The notes beneath the pieces are model-generated. The model had not been told where the DNA came from and searched no databases. It worked only from the letters and a program-made list of their open reading frames with translations. Source: Bacteroidota Order II. bacterium (GTDB lineage: Bacteria > Bacteroidota > Rhodothermia > Rhodothermales > UBA2364). Taken from it: 64,000 nt of DNA. The stretch lies in assembly GCA_016788705.1 (NCBI GenBank), contig JAEUSQ010000059.1, positions 20,449 through 84,448 on the forward strand, given 5' to 3'. The position numbers and the translations under genes were made by a program. The stretch's first letter is position 1; every line of letters starts with the position of its first letter. This document shows positions 9,901 to 15,544 of the stretch, piece by piece.

Positions 9901-10768
9901 TCACCGTTCCACCGGCTTGGAAGGTGGGCCCTTGACCTGCCTTGAGGGTCTTCATTAAAGCCAAGTCAAAAGGTTGCATAAACGAGACCGAGGCCGGATC
10001 GCGGTCGTCCTCATCCGCCGCAGGGTCCGCCACCGTACCTGTCGGGGTAAGCCTAGACTCATTCAGTACATCGTCCTTGGTCGTACCATCATTAGACGTG
10101 TTCTGGTCTGGTGCGGAGTCAATGTCGGTTCCGCCCGTTGCCGAAGAAATTTCAGAATCATTGGTAGCCGATCCTGTTGCCGTTCCAAGCGTTTTCAGGG
10201 TAATGGTAACAGGCGTGGCCGCTTTTCCGGTGGGCATATCTGCCGCAACCGCTTTTGCAGCAGTAGGAATGGTATAGGTGGCCCGATTGCTCGCACAGTC
10301 GAAAGTCCAGCCTGTATTAGGCAAAGCAGCACTCGCCGTACAATCAAACTTTGCCGGATCTATGTAATCCGTAACAATCACATTCGTGGCATCAAATGCC
10401 CCTTGATTATAGACGGTGATACTAAACGTGGCATTACCGCCCGGTAGTATGGTGGCGGCACTCGTCAGGACTTTCCTGATCGCAAGGTCGAAGGCTGGCA
10501 CATTGACGCAGGCATTGTCGTCCTCCTCGTTCGACGAAGTGGCATCTGTTCCCGAATCATTATAATTCCCCGGCGTAGAATCTGGGTCCGTAGTCGTAGC
10601 AGCGCTCACCTCGGCACAGTTCCGGATCGTACCCGCCACTTTAGGTAGATAAGGTTGAGGATCCTGTGCTTGAACGGGCGTTAATAGCCCAATTCCAAAC
10701 ATCATTACCGAGAAAGTGACGGTCAAAACTGCGGAGTAGCGCTTTGTTATGGAGTACATGGCCTTCAT
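1..10768 (-). CDS. Giant secreted repeat adhesin, N-terminal 3,589 codons (C-terminus lies beyond the window start). Order: signal peptide, 6 DUF11-like units with acidic linkers, 8 SdrD B-like units, then >=10 DUF11-like units
   Basis: Not in the ORF track because it is edge-truncated. I hand-translated the minus strand from ATG 10768 continuously down to about 7080, plus 7099-6600 and 478-1. All are in one frame (first codon bases = 1 mod 3) with no stops seen. No complete minus-strand ORF longer than 110 aa is listed in 1-10768, which fits a single open frame. N-terminus is MKAMYSITKRYSAVLTVTFSVMMFGIGLLTPVQAQ (signal peptide). Recurrent motifs: FDLALKKTLATGQ...VTFTITVYNQG, NxAEIS...DxDSTPD...DEDDHDPA, LGNRVWxDxNNDGI...GYYxF...TYIVE, NYTVDFG, and PGDxLTYTIxVxNxG...VSSPQDPTGP. 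Confidence 0.85.
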   Translation of the reverse strand, partial: MKAMYSITKRYSAVLTVTFSVMMFGIGLLTPVQAQDPQPYLPKVAGTIRNCAEVSAATTTDPDSTPGNYNDSGTDATSSNEEDDNACVNVPAFDLAIRKVLTSAATILPGGNATFSITVYNQGAFDATNVIVTDYIDPAKFDCTASAALPNTGWTFDCASNRATYTIPTAAKAVAADMPTGKAATPVTITLKTLGTATGSATNDSEISSATGGTDIDSAPDQNTSNDGTTKDDVLNESRLTPTGTVADPAADEDDRDPASVSFMQPFDLALMKTLKAGQGPTFQAGGTVTFTITVTNQGGTDATNVQLTDYIPTGLTLNDPAWSASGGKATLQSPIPSLAAGGSTTRDITFNIDATATGTLRNIAEISSATGGTDIDSTPDGTNGNQPGEVEPVAKNDVITENGTTGGDEDDHDWAEITLTPIYDLALIKTLAVGQAATVTQGSTVDYVITVKNQGQVPSGTFVVTEQIPGGMSFVSASGSGFICGTPNLAGAVSCAHAAGIAVGATATINLRLNLVDATQGPFRNWAEISSDSGDDRDSTPDSNTGKDDLTGTGTDPNDVVNNHNNIDYTGNDDEDDNDYEDVAGVQVYDLALRKTLAAGQANPVNQGDNVDYVVTVFNQGSAPSGTFSVTDQIPSGMQYINATGTGFACAPSGQVLTCNFLDTLAPGNTAQINIRVRVTDATQSIMRNWAEISLDSGDDVDSTPDTNTGIDNVTGTGTDPNDGSVSGGTVKDDVITENRTANPTDDEDDNDYADLTVNPVFDLALKKTLATGQAATVFPGDNVTFTITVYNQGQAPATNITITDYIPTGMTLNDPAWTAAGTNATRTIAGPLAAGASTTVDLILRVGAAAPTGPITNYAEISAATGGTDIDSTPDNNPSNDPGGVPNSTTDDKVDGNATTNPADEDDHDPAQINVAPPQIFDLALKKTLATGQAPTVAAGDNVTFTITVYNQGSVAAQNIQVTDYIPAGMQLNDTDWTAAGANATITIPGPLAMGASTTVDITLRVLPTATAGQLVNLAEISAAQKIDGTPGVDVDSTPDTNSSNDRGGQVGTLTDDKIDDNKPVADPTKVDEDDHDPAAINVVTLSLGNRVWYDLNNNGIIDPTESGIQNVMVSLFRDTNRDGTPDGASIATTTTNAQGYYIFTALTPDTYIVEIMPPTGYTSSTVDGGDPDNDIDSDDNGMVFVGGKYRSLPVDVLLNSEPTGDLLGTVVDSTPDNNSNYTVDFGLWQPVSLGNRVWNDVNNDGINQPAETGVSGVMVNLYKDSNKDETPDSATPVATTTTNADGYYLFTNLLEDTYIVEIMLPTGYASSTVDAGDPDTDRDDLDDNGTVVSGNKVRATNVMVMAGTQPTGEPATPGITDTTPDANANYTVDFGIWKPMSLGNLVWYDVNNNGVVDPGENGASGITVRLYRDTDKNGTPDGAAIATQTTNSTGYYLFTNLLADSYMVEVVAPATYVSSTPDAVNPNTDPDDNDDNGIGAAGGNIRSGTIMLMADAAPTGEPSTPGFTDGSSDNNANYTLDFGLYRPSLSLGNRVWYDENNNGLNDPTEIGLPNVMVTLYRDTNNDGTPDGGALNSVLTNTDGYYLFTDLAPDTYIVEVMPPTGYISSTVDAGDPDTDADDADDNGVVQVGGKVRSNPVTLATDAEPQGEPATPGWADAVTDRNANYTVDFGFYSPLSLGNRVWYDRNNNGIDDPSEIGVSNVTVRLYRDANNDGTPDGAALATQTTNAQGYYLFTDLLPNTYIVDVTAPAGYVSSTPDAGDPDSDRDDLDDNGVGTAGGVIISKSVTLSGGTQPVGEPTTPSISDTTPDANANYTLDFGIWQPMSLGNLVWEDTNNNGLKEGAENGIGNVTVYLYKDSDKDESPDSPTSIAQAVTNSQGFYLFTNLPEDTYIVEIVPPAGYSSSTVDAGDPDTDADDGDDNGVILTNGRIRSSNVMLMPGTEPTGEGATTGWTDTTPDANANYTVDFGLWRAMSLGNRVWNDPNNNGIEDAGEAGVANVPVNLYRDSNNDGSPDGAPIKNMTTNAQGYYLFTDLTPDTYIVEIVAPTGYVSSAPDAGDADTDADDLDDNGVGNGGGAIRALPVTLVINSEPVGELPTLGLSDSVSDLNGNYTVDFGIYQPVSLGNHVWEDRNNNGSKDGTEPGVANIPVRLYKDSNNDSNPDGPALATTTTNAQGFYLFKDIGADTYIVEIVMPPNYRSSTVDAGDPDSDRDDMDDNGTILIGAATVRAQPVTLTPGNQPTGEGATPGLADTTPDANANYTVDFGIYLPPNLTITKTPNRRRVAVGQNVTWTIRLTNTGPGTSYATEVTDQLPAGLQYVSSTATQGSYNPATHIWTVGDVAANTTPVLTMVTRVLANGPYKNIAIVNGPDDPQQPCDNDPTCDEDEIVPDSTADLRIYKRVDKAVANPGEALSYTITVQNIGPADAKQTVLRDPGITGVLENPEYSVDGGAFAAWPATGVINLPDPIRPNQTVNVVIRGTIPTSLCCRIIENTAQVDSPDDPSGPETSLPVKTCIGVPNVTIEKVVNRNAAIVGDEIVYTLTVRNQGNAPAFSLNVSDAGALVLNNPTFTMSGDATGAGAWTGAQTITTFTGGNFAPNDIITIIIRGTVHPEWQGRVIENIAQVSSPDDPQGVKPSTPVQTAVGTPDLNITKTVDKTAARVGESLTYTIVVRNDGTSAATAVTINDPIASQLDTPTYTLSGDATGTGAWTGTITPTLTGGTLAAGESITLRITGTVGAAFQGRAIDNVAQATAPNDPTGPVTTPPVQTVIGTADLVAVKRVDKTAAQVGEAIRYTIDVTNVGTSPATQVTITDGGALSLQNPTYTVSGDATGSGNWTGSLTLTTFTGGGLASGESLRIEITGNVTASFQGRVLTNTAQVSSPQDPTGPANTDPVSTVVGTAKITAVKTVNQAAAKPGDVLIYTITVRNEGNSPATSVTINDAQATNLTSPTYNMVGDASGSGTWTGSLTLSTFVAGNLAPGESVVMTIQGTVPASSQGSVISNVAQVTSPQDPSSPFTTPPVTTTVGAADLSASKAVDKATAKPGDTVTYTIVVRNDGPANATQVTINDQNALALSSPTYALTGDATGTGAWAGSLTLSGAQFAGNALASGESVTLAITGTVPASAQGTVISNTAQITSPQDPTGPTVTPTVQTAVGTASLSASKTVDKQAAKPGDPLIYTIVVRNNGTAAATQVTVDDGQALALTSPTYAITGDVTASGNWTGSLTLNAAQFLSGGLAQNESFTVTITGTVPASAQSTVLRNVASVSSPQDPSGPKQTPPVETAVGTARLSATKAVNRQTAKPGDTISYAITITNIGSATANTVTVDDPNALALTSPTYTVVGGTPASGTWTGSLTVTPAGGLTAGENMTVTITGVLPQSALGTVLTNTATVSSPQDPAGPVTTAPVQTAVGTADLNANKTVDRTAAQVGDVLTYTITITNDGNADATSVTVNDAAALQLASPTFTVSGDATAASVAWTGSTTISTFAGGGLAKGESVVVTIRGTVPASLQGRPLDNVATVSSPQDPTGPVTTPVSQTVIGTAKLTVSKQVDRDMAMPGDVLTYTITVNNIGSSPATGVQVTDV
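3963..7520 (-). repeat. Tandem coding repeats, 8 units of 444-448 nt (148-149 aa), SdrD B-like (Cna-B-type) fold
   Basis: The marker CCAAAGTC[C/A/T]A[C/A][C/G/A]GTATAGTT (antisense of NYTVDFG) occurs at about 3963, 4410, 4854, 5300, 5744, 6192, 6636 and 7083. Translated unit: YTVDFGLWQPVSLGNRVWNDVNNDGINQPAETGVSGVMVNLYKDSNKDETPDSATPVATTTTNADGYYLFTNLLEDTYIVEIMLPTGYASSTVDAGDPDTDRDDLDDNG... Confidence 0.85.
7520..10500 (-). repeat. Tandem coding repeats, 6 units of about 470-525 nt (157-175 aa): DUF11-like Ig domain plus an Asp-rich linker
   Basis: The marker encoding FDLA(L/I)xK recurs near 7990, 8470, 8990, 9488, 9960 and 10485. GTTTTCTTCAGCGCAAGGTCAAAGA is exactly repeated at 7981 and 8461. 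Each unit ends in an acidic stretch such as DIDSTPDNNPSNDPGGVPNSTTDDKVDGNATTNPADEDDHDPAQINV. Confidence 0.8.
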
Positions 10769-11129
10769 AGAATTGAATGCTTTTATGGCGGAAAGACCTG
10801 GTGGTGGTTGAATATTATTGTTAAGCGTCATTGTATTCATCATTATCGGCGACTCTTCGCCAGTATTGTCTTGTTTTAGGCCGGAGCAGGGTCGTTGATT
10901 TTGATTTATGACCCCAACACTTCGTAAAGAATAAGGCATACGCGGTTTAAAAGTTTGCCCATAAATGAATGACAAAAACATTCATACAAGGATTGTGCCC
11001 ATTTTTATTCTCATGGATAATTATCCACTTATGAACCAAATTTCCGTATTTGATATCTCATTATGTTGCATACTGGAACCATAATCCAATCCAGAAGGCT
11101 CAAAATGAAACCCGTTTACACCGAACCCA

Positions 11130-11166
11130 AAAAGAAATCGGACAGCCCATAAGAGGGTTGTCCGAC
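11130..11166 (-). terminator. Rho-independent terminator after the methyltransferase gene
   Basis: Minus strand reads GTCGGACAACCCTCTTATGGGCTGTCCGA followed by TTTCTTTTT. The stem is TCGGACA/TGTCCGA with an inner CCC/GGG extension. Confidence 0.7.
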
Positions 11167-11199
11167 TCTATTACCAAAACTGTGCCGTTCTTTTGTAAT

Positions 11200-12111
11200 T
11201 CAGGCGCGTTCACCAATCTTTTTCATACCCCCTTCCCAAATGCCACAAATAGAGACCGAAAGTTGTTTCGGACTACTCGTATGCGGAAGAATTAACTCGC
11301 CCATCCGAAGTTTACCAGGGCGGTCTTTTAGTAAATCATAAAGCAAATTTCCCGCTGTAGAAGCCGTATCATCGGTGGCGTACATCGTAAGCAATAAAAA
11401 CCCATTTTCCGGATTCAAGAGGGTCTTACACGCGTCCAATAACGGCGGAAGTCCTTGTTCAACTTTCCAGATTTCACCCTTGGGTCCCCGGCCATACTTT
11501 GGCGGATCCAGCAAAATTCCATCATATATTCGCCCCCGCCTTCCTTCGCGCAATGCGAATTTATAGGCATCATCCACCAACCAACGAATCGGCTTTTCCC
11601 CTAATCCGGCTCTCTTCTGACTGGACTTTCCCCATTCCACCGCTTTCGGAGAGGCGTCCACATGGGTAACCGTTGCCCCTACAGAGGCTGCTACCAAGGA
11701 GGCAACCCCCGTGTATCCAAATAAGTTTAACAAACGAAACCCTTTGCCAAAGTCCCGAATCCGTGCTGCCAATAAGCCCCAATGAGGTGCATGTTCGGGA
11801 AAGACACCAATGTGCTTGGACATATCGGTAAAACGCGCTTCTACCGAAACCCCTGCAAATGACACTGACCATACCTCTGGAAGAGGACGATTAAAATGCC
11901 ATCTTCCCCGTTCCTCCCGCTGTTCAACAAACGTTGCATCCGCTTTCCGCCACTCATCTTCCGACAAATCCGGCTTCCACCATGCCCGTGGATCCTGCCG
12001 GCGTAGCACAAAAGACCCAAGGCGCTCTAATCGTTCCCCGTTCCCGGAGTCGAGGAGCGCGTAGGCGTTCCAGTCGCAAATGTACCGCTCAATTTCATTT
12101 TGATACACCAT
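11200..12111 (-). CDS. Class I SAM-dependent methyltransferase (PF10672-like, related to the RlmI/RlmK catalytic domain)
   Basis: 303 aa. Contains LNLFGYTGVASLVAA (SAM-binding G-loop), THVDASPKAV and ILLDPPKYG (DPPxF/Y-type motif). ATG at 12111. Confidence 0.75.
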   Translation of the reverse strand: MVYQNEIERYICDWNAYALLDSGNGERLERLGSFVLRRQDPRAWWKPDLSEDEWRKADATFVEQREERGRWHFNRPLPEVWSVSFAGVSVEARFTDMSKHIGVFPEHAPHWGLLAARIRDFGKGFRLLNLFGYTGVASLVAASVGATVTHVDASPKAVEWGKSSQKRAGLGEKPIRWLVDDAYKFALREGRRGRIYDGILLDPPKYGRGPKGEIWKVEQGLPPLLDACKTLLNPENGFLLLTMYATDDTASTAGNLLYDLLKDRPGKLRMGELILPHTSSPKQLSVSICGIWEGGMKKIGERA

Positions 12112-12162
12112 ATCAGCTATCCGGTCTGTTTACTAAATATCTTCTGACTTTCTGCGTTCGGT

Positions 12163-12720
12163 TTAGTGTTCTGGTGCATGTACATCATAAAAAGGGTTGG
12201 TATCGGGAACCACCTCGCCTCGGTAAATGGCACTGTATTGCACATAATGGTCTGCGAATTTTCGGATAAAGGCCACTTCTTCATCGCTGAGTTGCCGGAC
12301 CACTTTGGCGGGCGAACCCACCACCAAAGAACGCGGTGGAACGATCGTACGGCTCGTTACCAACGCATTCGCTCCCACGATAGAATCTTGCCCAATGACC
12401 GCATGGTCTAAGATTATGGCCCCCATACCAACCAATACATTGTCTTCGATGATACACCCATGAACCACCGCACTATGGCCAATGGTCACATAATGCCCGA
12501 TCTTGGTCGGAGCCGTCCGGTTGGTAACATGCACCACCACATGGTCTTGAATATTGGAGAAATTCCCGATCCGGATGCGGTTTACATCGCCCCGTACGGT
12601 TGCATGAAACCAGATACTGCTTTCTTCACCCAGTACCACATCTCCAATAACATCCGCAGAGGGGGCAATCCAATTTTTTTCGTTATAAGTAGGATAAATT
12701 CCTAAGAAAGAATAAATCAT
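12163..12720 (-). CDS. Gamma-class carbonic anhydrase / hexapeptide-repeat family protein
   Basis: MIYSFLGIYPTYNEKNWIAPSADVIGDVVLGEESSIWFHATVRGDVNRIRIGNFSNIQDHVVVH is a classic gamma-CA (YrdA/PaaY-like) left-handed beta-helix. I prefer the ATG at 12720 over the track start at 12756. Confidence 0.85.
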   Translation of the reverse strand: MIYSFLGIYPTYNEKNWIAPSADVIGDVVLGEESSIWFHATVRGDVNRIRIGNFSNIQDHVVVHVTNRTAPTKIGHYVTIGHSAVVHGCIIEDNVLVGMGAIILDHAVIGQDSIVGANALVTSRTIVPPRSLVVGSPAKVVRQLSDEEVAFIRKFADHYVQYSAIYRGEVVPDTNPFYDVHAPEH

Positions 12721-12756
12721 TATATTATTTTTTATGTTCTTACACCTTAATTTCAT

Positions 12757-13233
12757 TCACTTGTCTTTTTCAAGAAACAAGGTTTGGTTCACTACCTGTC
12801 CGGCCAATAAGGTGAGGGTAACATACTTGGGCTTATATCCGACAGCCATCGCCTCCACCCTATATACACCAGGAGGGATTTGCCGGAACAACCGATATCC
12901 GTATGTAATACCTCGCTCAAAGGCAATCGTTGCCCGAACAGGATTCCCCGACGCCTCCACCACGGTAATCCGGAGAAGGGCCATTCCATTTGCCGGACGC
13001 CCCGTGGCAGCAGACGGTGGCGTTTTTGCCTCGTATGTTGTCGGCATGTGCCGCTCATTTTGCGGCGTAGGTGGAACAACCGAAGCGGACATTGCCTCCC
13101 CCATTTCTTCAGACAAAGACCCTGGCTTCTTAAGGGTTTGATGCCGTTGGCATCCGGTAGAAACCACCAAAAACACAACTAAACATCCATTTAGGAGGGA
13201 TGTAATGGGCTTTAAAAAGGTCGGATATATCAT
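12757..13233 (-). CDS. Small lipoprotein with a CarboxypepD_reg-like beta-sandwich domain
   Basis: Lipobox-like LVVSTGC after a hydrophobic N-terminus. C-terminal LLRITVVEASGNPVRATIAFERG...GVYRVEAMAVGYKPKYVTLTLLAGQVVNQTLFL matches the CarboxypepD_reg pattern. Confidence 0.6.
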   Translation of the reverse strand: MIYPTFLKPITSLLNGCLVVFLVVSTGCQRHQTLKKPGSLSEEMGEAMSASVVPPTPQNERHMPTTYEAKTPPSAATGRPANGMALLRITVVEASGNPVRATIAFERGITYGYRLFRQIPPGVYRVEAMAVGYKPKYVTLTLLAGQVVNQTLFLEKDK

Positions 13234-13321
13234 TGCCCTGCAAGGTTTATGGCATGAAGACCGGCGTAAGGTACGGCTTTTTACGGGGATTCACGCTTCA
13301 TGGCTGGAATAAGGTATTGCA

Positions 13322-15265
13322 TTACCCCTTCCACCAATCCATTTTTTTCAGGGCCTTAGCCGTCAGATGGAAGGTTCCACGCAAAGGCTCTTTCACGCCC
13401 ACCCAACCTTCGTGCAGAAGCCACTCCAGCAGCCCATCCAACCGATCTTCCGGCAGGTCGGCAAATGCGCTCCACATTTCTCTTGGGGTTTGCTCGGCGG
13501 CATACCGCAAGAGTTGCTTCAGCCGTGGCTCATCTTTCGGGGTTACCACTTCGGGCTTATGCCTCCCCAAGCAGTGATCGCATTTTCCACACTGTGGTGT
13601 CGCTTTTTCACCAAAATACGATAGCAGAAAATAGCGACGACATCCCACATGACCTGCATAGCGGATCATATGTTTTAATCGGACCAAAGCCCTTTTTTTG
13701 GCTGCTGCAATCTGGGCGACGTCCAACACAACGCGTTCGGACCGGGCTTCTGCCAAGGCATACCGGAGCGCCCCATCCGGTGGAACCCAAGCCAATAGCC
13801 CACGCGCTGCAAAAAACTGCAAGCCACGGGCCACCCGTTCTCTCGGCAATCCGGTCCGTTTGGCGAGAATTCCAAGGTCTAATACATACCATCCCGAAAA
13901 CGCTTCTGCATTCACTGTGCGCAAGACAATCGTTAAAAACTCACCCAAACGAGGGTTTTCCAAAGCGTGGGCATGAGACCGAAGCGTTTCGATGGGTTGT
14001 AAAAACCGAATTTGCCCGTGTTGACTTCGGTTTGGAACAACCCGAATTACTTCTTTCTGTACCAAAATACCCAACGCGTGTCGGATTTTCGTGGCACTAA
14101 ATCCAGTCACTTCCTGTAAACGCTCCATCTGCACCATCAGCGGATTTTCGGGCAACGAACCAATGGCTACCTGCGCCAATCCACAAAAATCTCCATACAC
14201 CTTTTGCACTTCGGTAGCATTCGGATACCCTTCTTCAATCATCATTTCCTGAACTTTTACATCCTGCTGATCCCAAAGCAAGACGGCAAAACTCTTCTTT
14301 CCGTCCCGCCCAGCCCGTCCGGCCTCTTGGTAATACGCCTCAATGGTCGCGGGTAAATCCACATGAATTACAAAACGAACATCGGGTTTGTCTATCCCCA
14401 TTCCAAAGGCATTGGTGGCCACCATCACCCGTGCAGCACCGTTCATCCACGAACCTTGGGCTTTTTCCCGAACGGTTGACGCCAAGCCTGCATGGTAAGT
14501 CTCAGCAGCAATTCCTTCCGATTGTAACCAAGCCGCCCATTCCTCCACTCGCTGACGTGTAGATGCATAAAGAATGCCGCATCCAGACACTTTCCGAAGC
14601 ACTTCCCACACTTTTTCCCGTTTCTGATCTGTCCGGAATGCCGTCCAGCTAATGTTTGGCCGATCAAATCCTTTAACAATTTCTTTAGGCTCGTTGAGTC
14701 CGAGGTATGAACGGATTTCCTTCCGGACAATAGGGGTGGCAGTTGCTGTTACCGCAATGACAGGCGGCCCACCCAACGCTTCTCGGGCCTCTTTGATCAG
14801 ACGATATGCCGGACGAAATTGCTCGCCCCATTCAGAGATGCAATGCGCTTCGTCCACCGCCAATAAACGAACAGGCAACCGTGCAGCCCGCACCAAAAAC
14901 AATTCGGTTCTTAATCTTTCCGGCGACACATAGAGCAAGCGCAATAAACCATGCTCGGCATTGGTCCACAACTGGTCTATCTCGAACGGCTTCAGCCCAC
15001 TGTGCATGGCCGCCGCACGAATCCCACGTTGATGTAATTGCTGGACTTGATCCTGCATCAGTGCTATCAAAGGCGTAACCACTAACGTAAAACCGTCTGG
15101 ATACCACAAGGCCGGCAATTGATAACACAACGATTTGCCTCCACCTGTTGGTAAAACCGCCAATACATCATGACCGGCCAAGACCCCTTTTACCACTTCG
15201 TCTTGGCCGGGGCGGAGGGCATCGTAGCCCCAATGTTCTTTAAGCAGTTCGTGGATCGTATTCAT
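13322..15265 (-). CDS. recQ: RecQ-family ATP-dependent DNA helicase
   Basis: LRPGQDEVV, LPTGGGKSLCYQLPAL (Walker A), VDEAHCISEWG (DEAH), ATNAFGMGIDKPDVRFV, QEAGRAGRDG and a C-terminal Zn module CRRYFLLSYFGEKATPQCGKCDHC. The track start at 15298 is TTG; the ATG at 15265 (MNTIHELLKEHWGYD) looks more likely. Confidence 0.9.
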   Translation of the reverse strand: MNTIHELLKEHWGYDALRPGQDEVVKGVLAGHDVLAVLPTGGGKSLCYQLPALWYPDGFTLVVTPLIALMQDQVQQLHQRGIRAAAMHSGLKPFEIDQLWTNAEHGLLRLLYVSPERLRTELFLVRAARLPVRLLAVDEAHCISEWGEQFRPAYRLIKEAREALGGPPVIAVTATATPIVRKEIRSYLGLNEPKEIVKGFDRPNISWTAFRTDQKREKVWEVLRKVSGCGILYASTRQRVEEWAAWLQSEGIAAETYHAGLASTVREKAQGSWMNGAARVMVATNAFGMGIDKPDVRFVIHVDLPATIEAYYQEAGRAGRDGKKSFAVLLWDQQDVKVQEMMIEEGYPNATEVQKVYGDFCGLAQVAIGSLPENPLMVQMERLQEVTGFSATKIRHALGILVQKEVIRVVPNRSQHGQIRFLQPIETLRSHAHALENPRLGEFLTIVLRTVNAEAFSGWYVLDLGILAKRTGLPRERVARGLQFFAARGLLAWVPPDGALRYALAEARSERVVLDVAQIAAAKKRALVRLKHMIRYAGHVGCRRYFLLSYFGEKATPQCGKCDHCLGRHKPEVVTPKDEPRLKQLLRYAAEQTPREMWSAFADLPEDRLDGLLEWLLHEGWVGVKEPLRGTFHLTAKALKKMDWWKG

Positions 15266-15420
15266 ACCGGAAGCGCTTCCGAAACCAAAATTTGACAACG
15301 ATTCTGTGACAATTTCGTGACAACTCTTTTTTTCTTTTGCCCTAAGTTAGGGGTTGAAGTTCTATTTGTCATACAACCTCTCTCTTTTTTTACACGTCTT
15401 TAATCACATAATGGTGGGAC

Positions 15421-15458
15421 AGCCAGTGCGGAATGTGGAGCCGCACTGGCTTTTTTTA
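15421..15458 (+). terminator. Strong intrinsic-terminator-like hairpin inside the recQ/pabBC divergent intergenic region
   Basis: AGCCAGTGCGG-aatgtggag-CCGCACTGGCT: an 11-bp perfect stem with a 9-nt loop, followed by TTTTTTT (15452-15458). It lies 87 nt upstream of the pabBC ATG. Confidence 0.7.
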
Positions 15459-15544
15459 AAATTACACGTACACCTGCTGAATCGCAGCGAAGAATCTACG
15501 ATTGTCCAACCCACCGCCTTAAATTCACCCCAAAAAAAGCCCAC

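Noticed and set aside
90-10447. Many plus-strand ORFs of 60-353 aa (for example 143-886, 1547-2593, 2684-3466, 7721-8782), several sharing peptides such as GPVGSCGEET.ATL
   Set aside because: They lie antisense to the giant adhesin frame. Their composition is Arg/Cys/Gly-rich and not protein-like. Their apparent conservation simply mirrors the sense-strand repeats (VSSPQDPTGP read backwards). The minus-strand frame is open throughout.
1-10500. Regularly spaced repeats that could be mistaken for a CRISPR array or a non-coding satellite
   Set aside because: Periods are 375-525 nt, with no short conserved repeat alternating with unique spacers. The repeats are in frame and encode Ig-like or SdrD-B domains.
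13465-14100. 211-aa plus-strand ORF, along with other ORFs at 13367-14933 on either strand
   Set aside because: All lie within the recQ coding region (antisense or out of frame), which has unambiguous helicase motifs. None has recognisable motifs of its own.
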